This document shows positions 55,205 to 55,864 of a DNA stretch of 55,864 nt, piece after piece. The first letter of the stretch is position 1, and every line of letters starts with the position of its first letter. The stretch is from an uncultured bacterium (GTDB lineage Bacteria > Cyanobacteriota > Vampirovibrionia > Obscuribacterales > Obscuribacteraceae), in NCBI GenBank assembly GCA_913063055.1, contig CAJXZK010000001.1, positions 1 through 55,864 on the forward strand. Direction: 5' to 3'. Position numbers and translations under genes: made by a program. The notes under the pieces are model-generated. The model searched no databases. It had not been told where the DNA came from and saw only the letters and a list, made by a program, of their open reading frames with translations.

Positions 55205-55738
55205 ATGACCGCAAATAGCGGAAAGAAAGGAGGAGCAATCGGGTTGGTTAGAGCAATCTATCCAGGTTCGTTTGATCCTATGACCTTGGGCCACTTAGAT
55301 ATCGTTCAGCGAGCGAGCAAACTCTTCGATGAAGTGATTATGGCGGTGGTTGGTAATCCGGGAAAATCTCCCTTATTGCCAGTGGATGTGCGAAAGAGCC
55401 TTATTACGGAAGTAGTAAAAGACCTCAAAGGAGTCACAGTAGGAGAGTTTCAAGGACTGACAGTTAATTATGCGAAGGATAATGGGGTAACTATTCTCAT
55501 TCGCGGCCTACGAGCCATTTCCGACTTCGAAGCAGAACTAGGTATGGCCCAAGCAAATAAGCAACTTCTACCTGAACTAGAAACTATTTTTCTGATGACA
55601 AAAGCCGAGTATTCTTTTATTAGCTCCTCAACTGTGAAAGAAATCGCCCGCATGGGCGGAGACGTATCGCAATTCGTTCCACGTACTGTGAATGATCACC
55701 TTAAAGAGCATTTCAGCAGGGGTATCTACCAACAATGA
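55205..55738 (+). CDS. coaD: Phosphopantetheine adenylyltransferase
   Basis: YPGSFDPMTLGHLDI, RGLRAISDFE.E, ISSSTVKE. Confidence 0.96.
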   Translation: MTANSGKKGGAIGLVRAIYPGSFDPMTLGHLDIVQRASKLFDEVIMAVVGNPGKSPLLPVDVRKSLITEVVKDLKGVTVGEFQGLTVNYAKDNGVTILIRGLRAISDFEAELGMAQANKQLLPELETIFLMTKAEYSFISSSTVKEIARMGGDVSQFVPRTVNDHLKEHFSRGIYQQ

Positions 55739-55795
55739 CCATGATCACTGCACCGACAGCCCAGGCAGCCAACACCTTCAAGCAAACTACAATCT
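55735..55795 (+). CDS. Start of a gene coupled to coaD, cut off by the contig end
   Basis: ATGA overlap with the coaD stop; frame is open until the adapter. Confidence 0.4.
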
Positions 55796-55864
55796 CTGTC
55801 TCTTATACACATCTGACGCTGCCGACGAATAGAGAGGTGTAGATCTCGGTGGTCGCCGTATCAT
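55796..55864 (+). other. Nextera/Illumina read-through adapter with i5 index and P5 (library artefact)
   Basis: CTGTCTCTTATACACATCT-GACGCTGCCGACGA-ATAGAGAG-GTGTAGATCTCGGTGGTCGCCGTATCAT. Confidence 0.99.

Overview
A 55.9 kb bacterial contig with untrimmed Nextera/Illumina adapter at both ends (1-27 and 55796-55864). The first ~740 bp look phage-like and seem fused, probably as an assembly chimera, to a VIT-vWA gene. The rest is chromosomal DNA. The gene content includes an NblS/Hik33-like kinase next to coaD, a SigB/SigF-type sigma factor, a HelY-like helicase, kdsC, cmk, SOD, speD, a FeS-type photolyase and a SWIM-SNF2 helicase, with no photosynthesis genes. This suggests, by inference only, a non-photosynthetic relative of Cyanobacteria (Vampirovibrionia/Melainabacteria, Obscuribacterales-like). 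One tRNA-Pro(GGG) is present. I found no rRNA, CRISPR array, integrase or transposase. Main leads: (1) a 955-aa protein with an intact CCA-type tRNA nucleotidyltransferase-HD module at the tip of a polymorphic-toxin-like body; (2) scattered effector-like proteins (trypsin-type protease, anthrax-LF/PPEP-like metalloprotease, membrane-active proteins) with polar leaders and no Sec signal, three sharing an LP[TK]L[DTE][VI] motif, which may be cargo of an undescribed export system; (3) two unclassified structured ncRNA candidates; (4) SigB/SigF-type promoters, one apparently autoregulatory; (5) a stand-alone protein with four MshEN-like modules.
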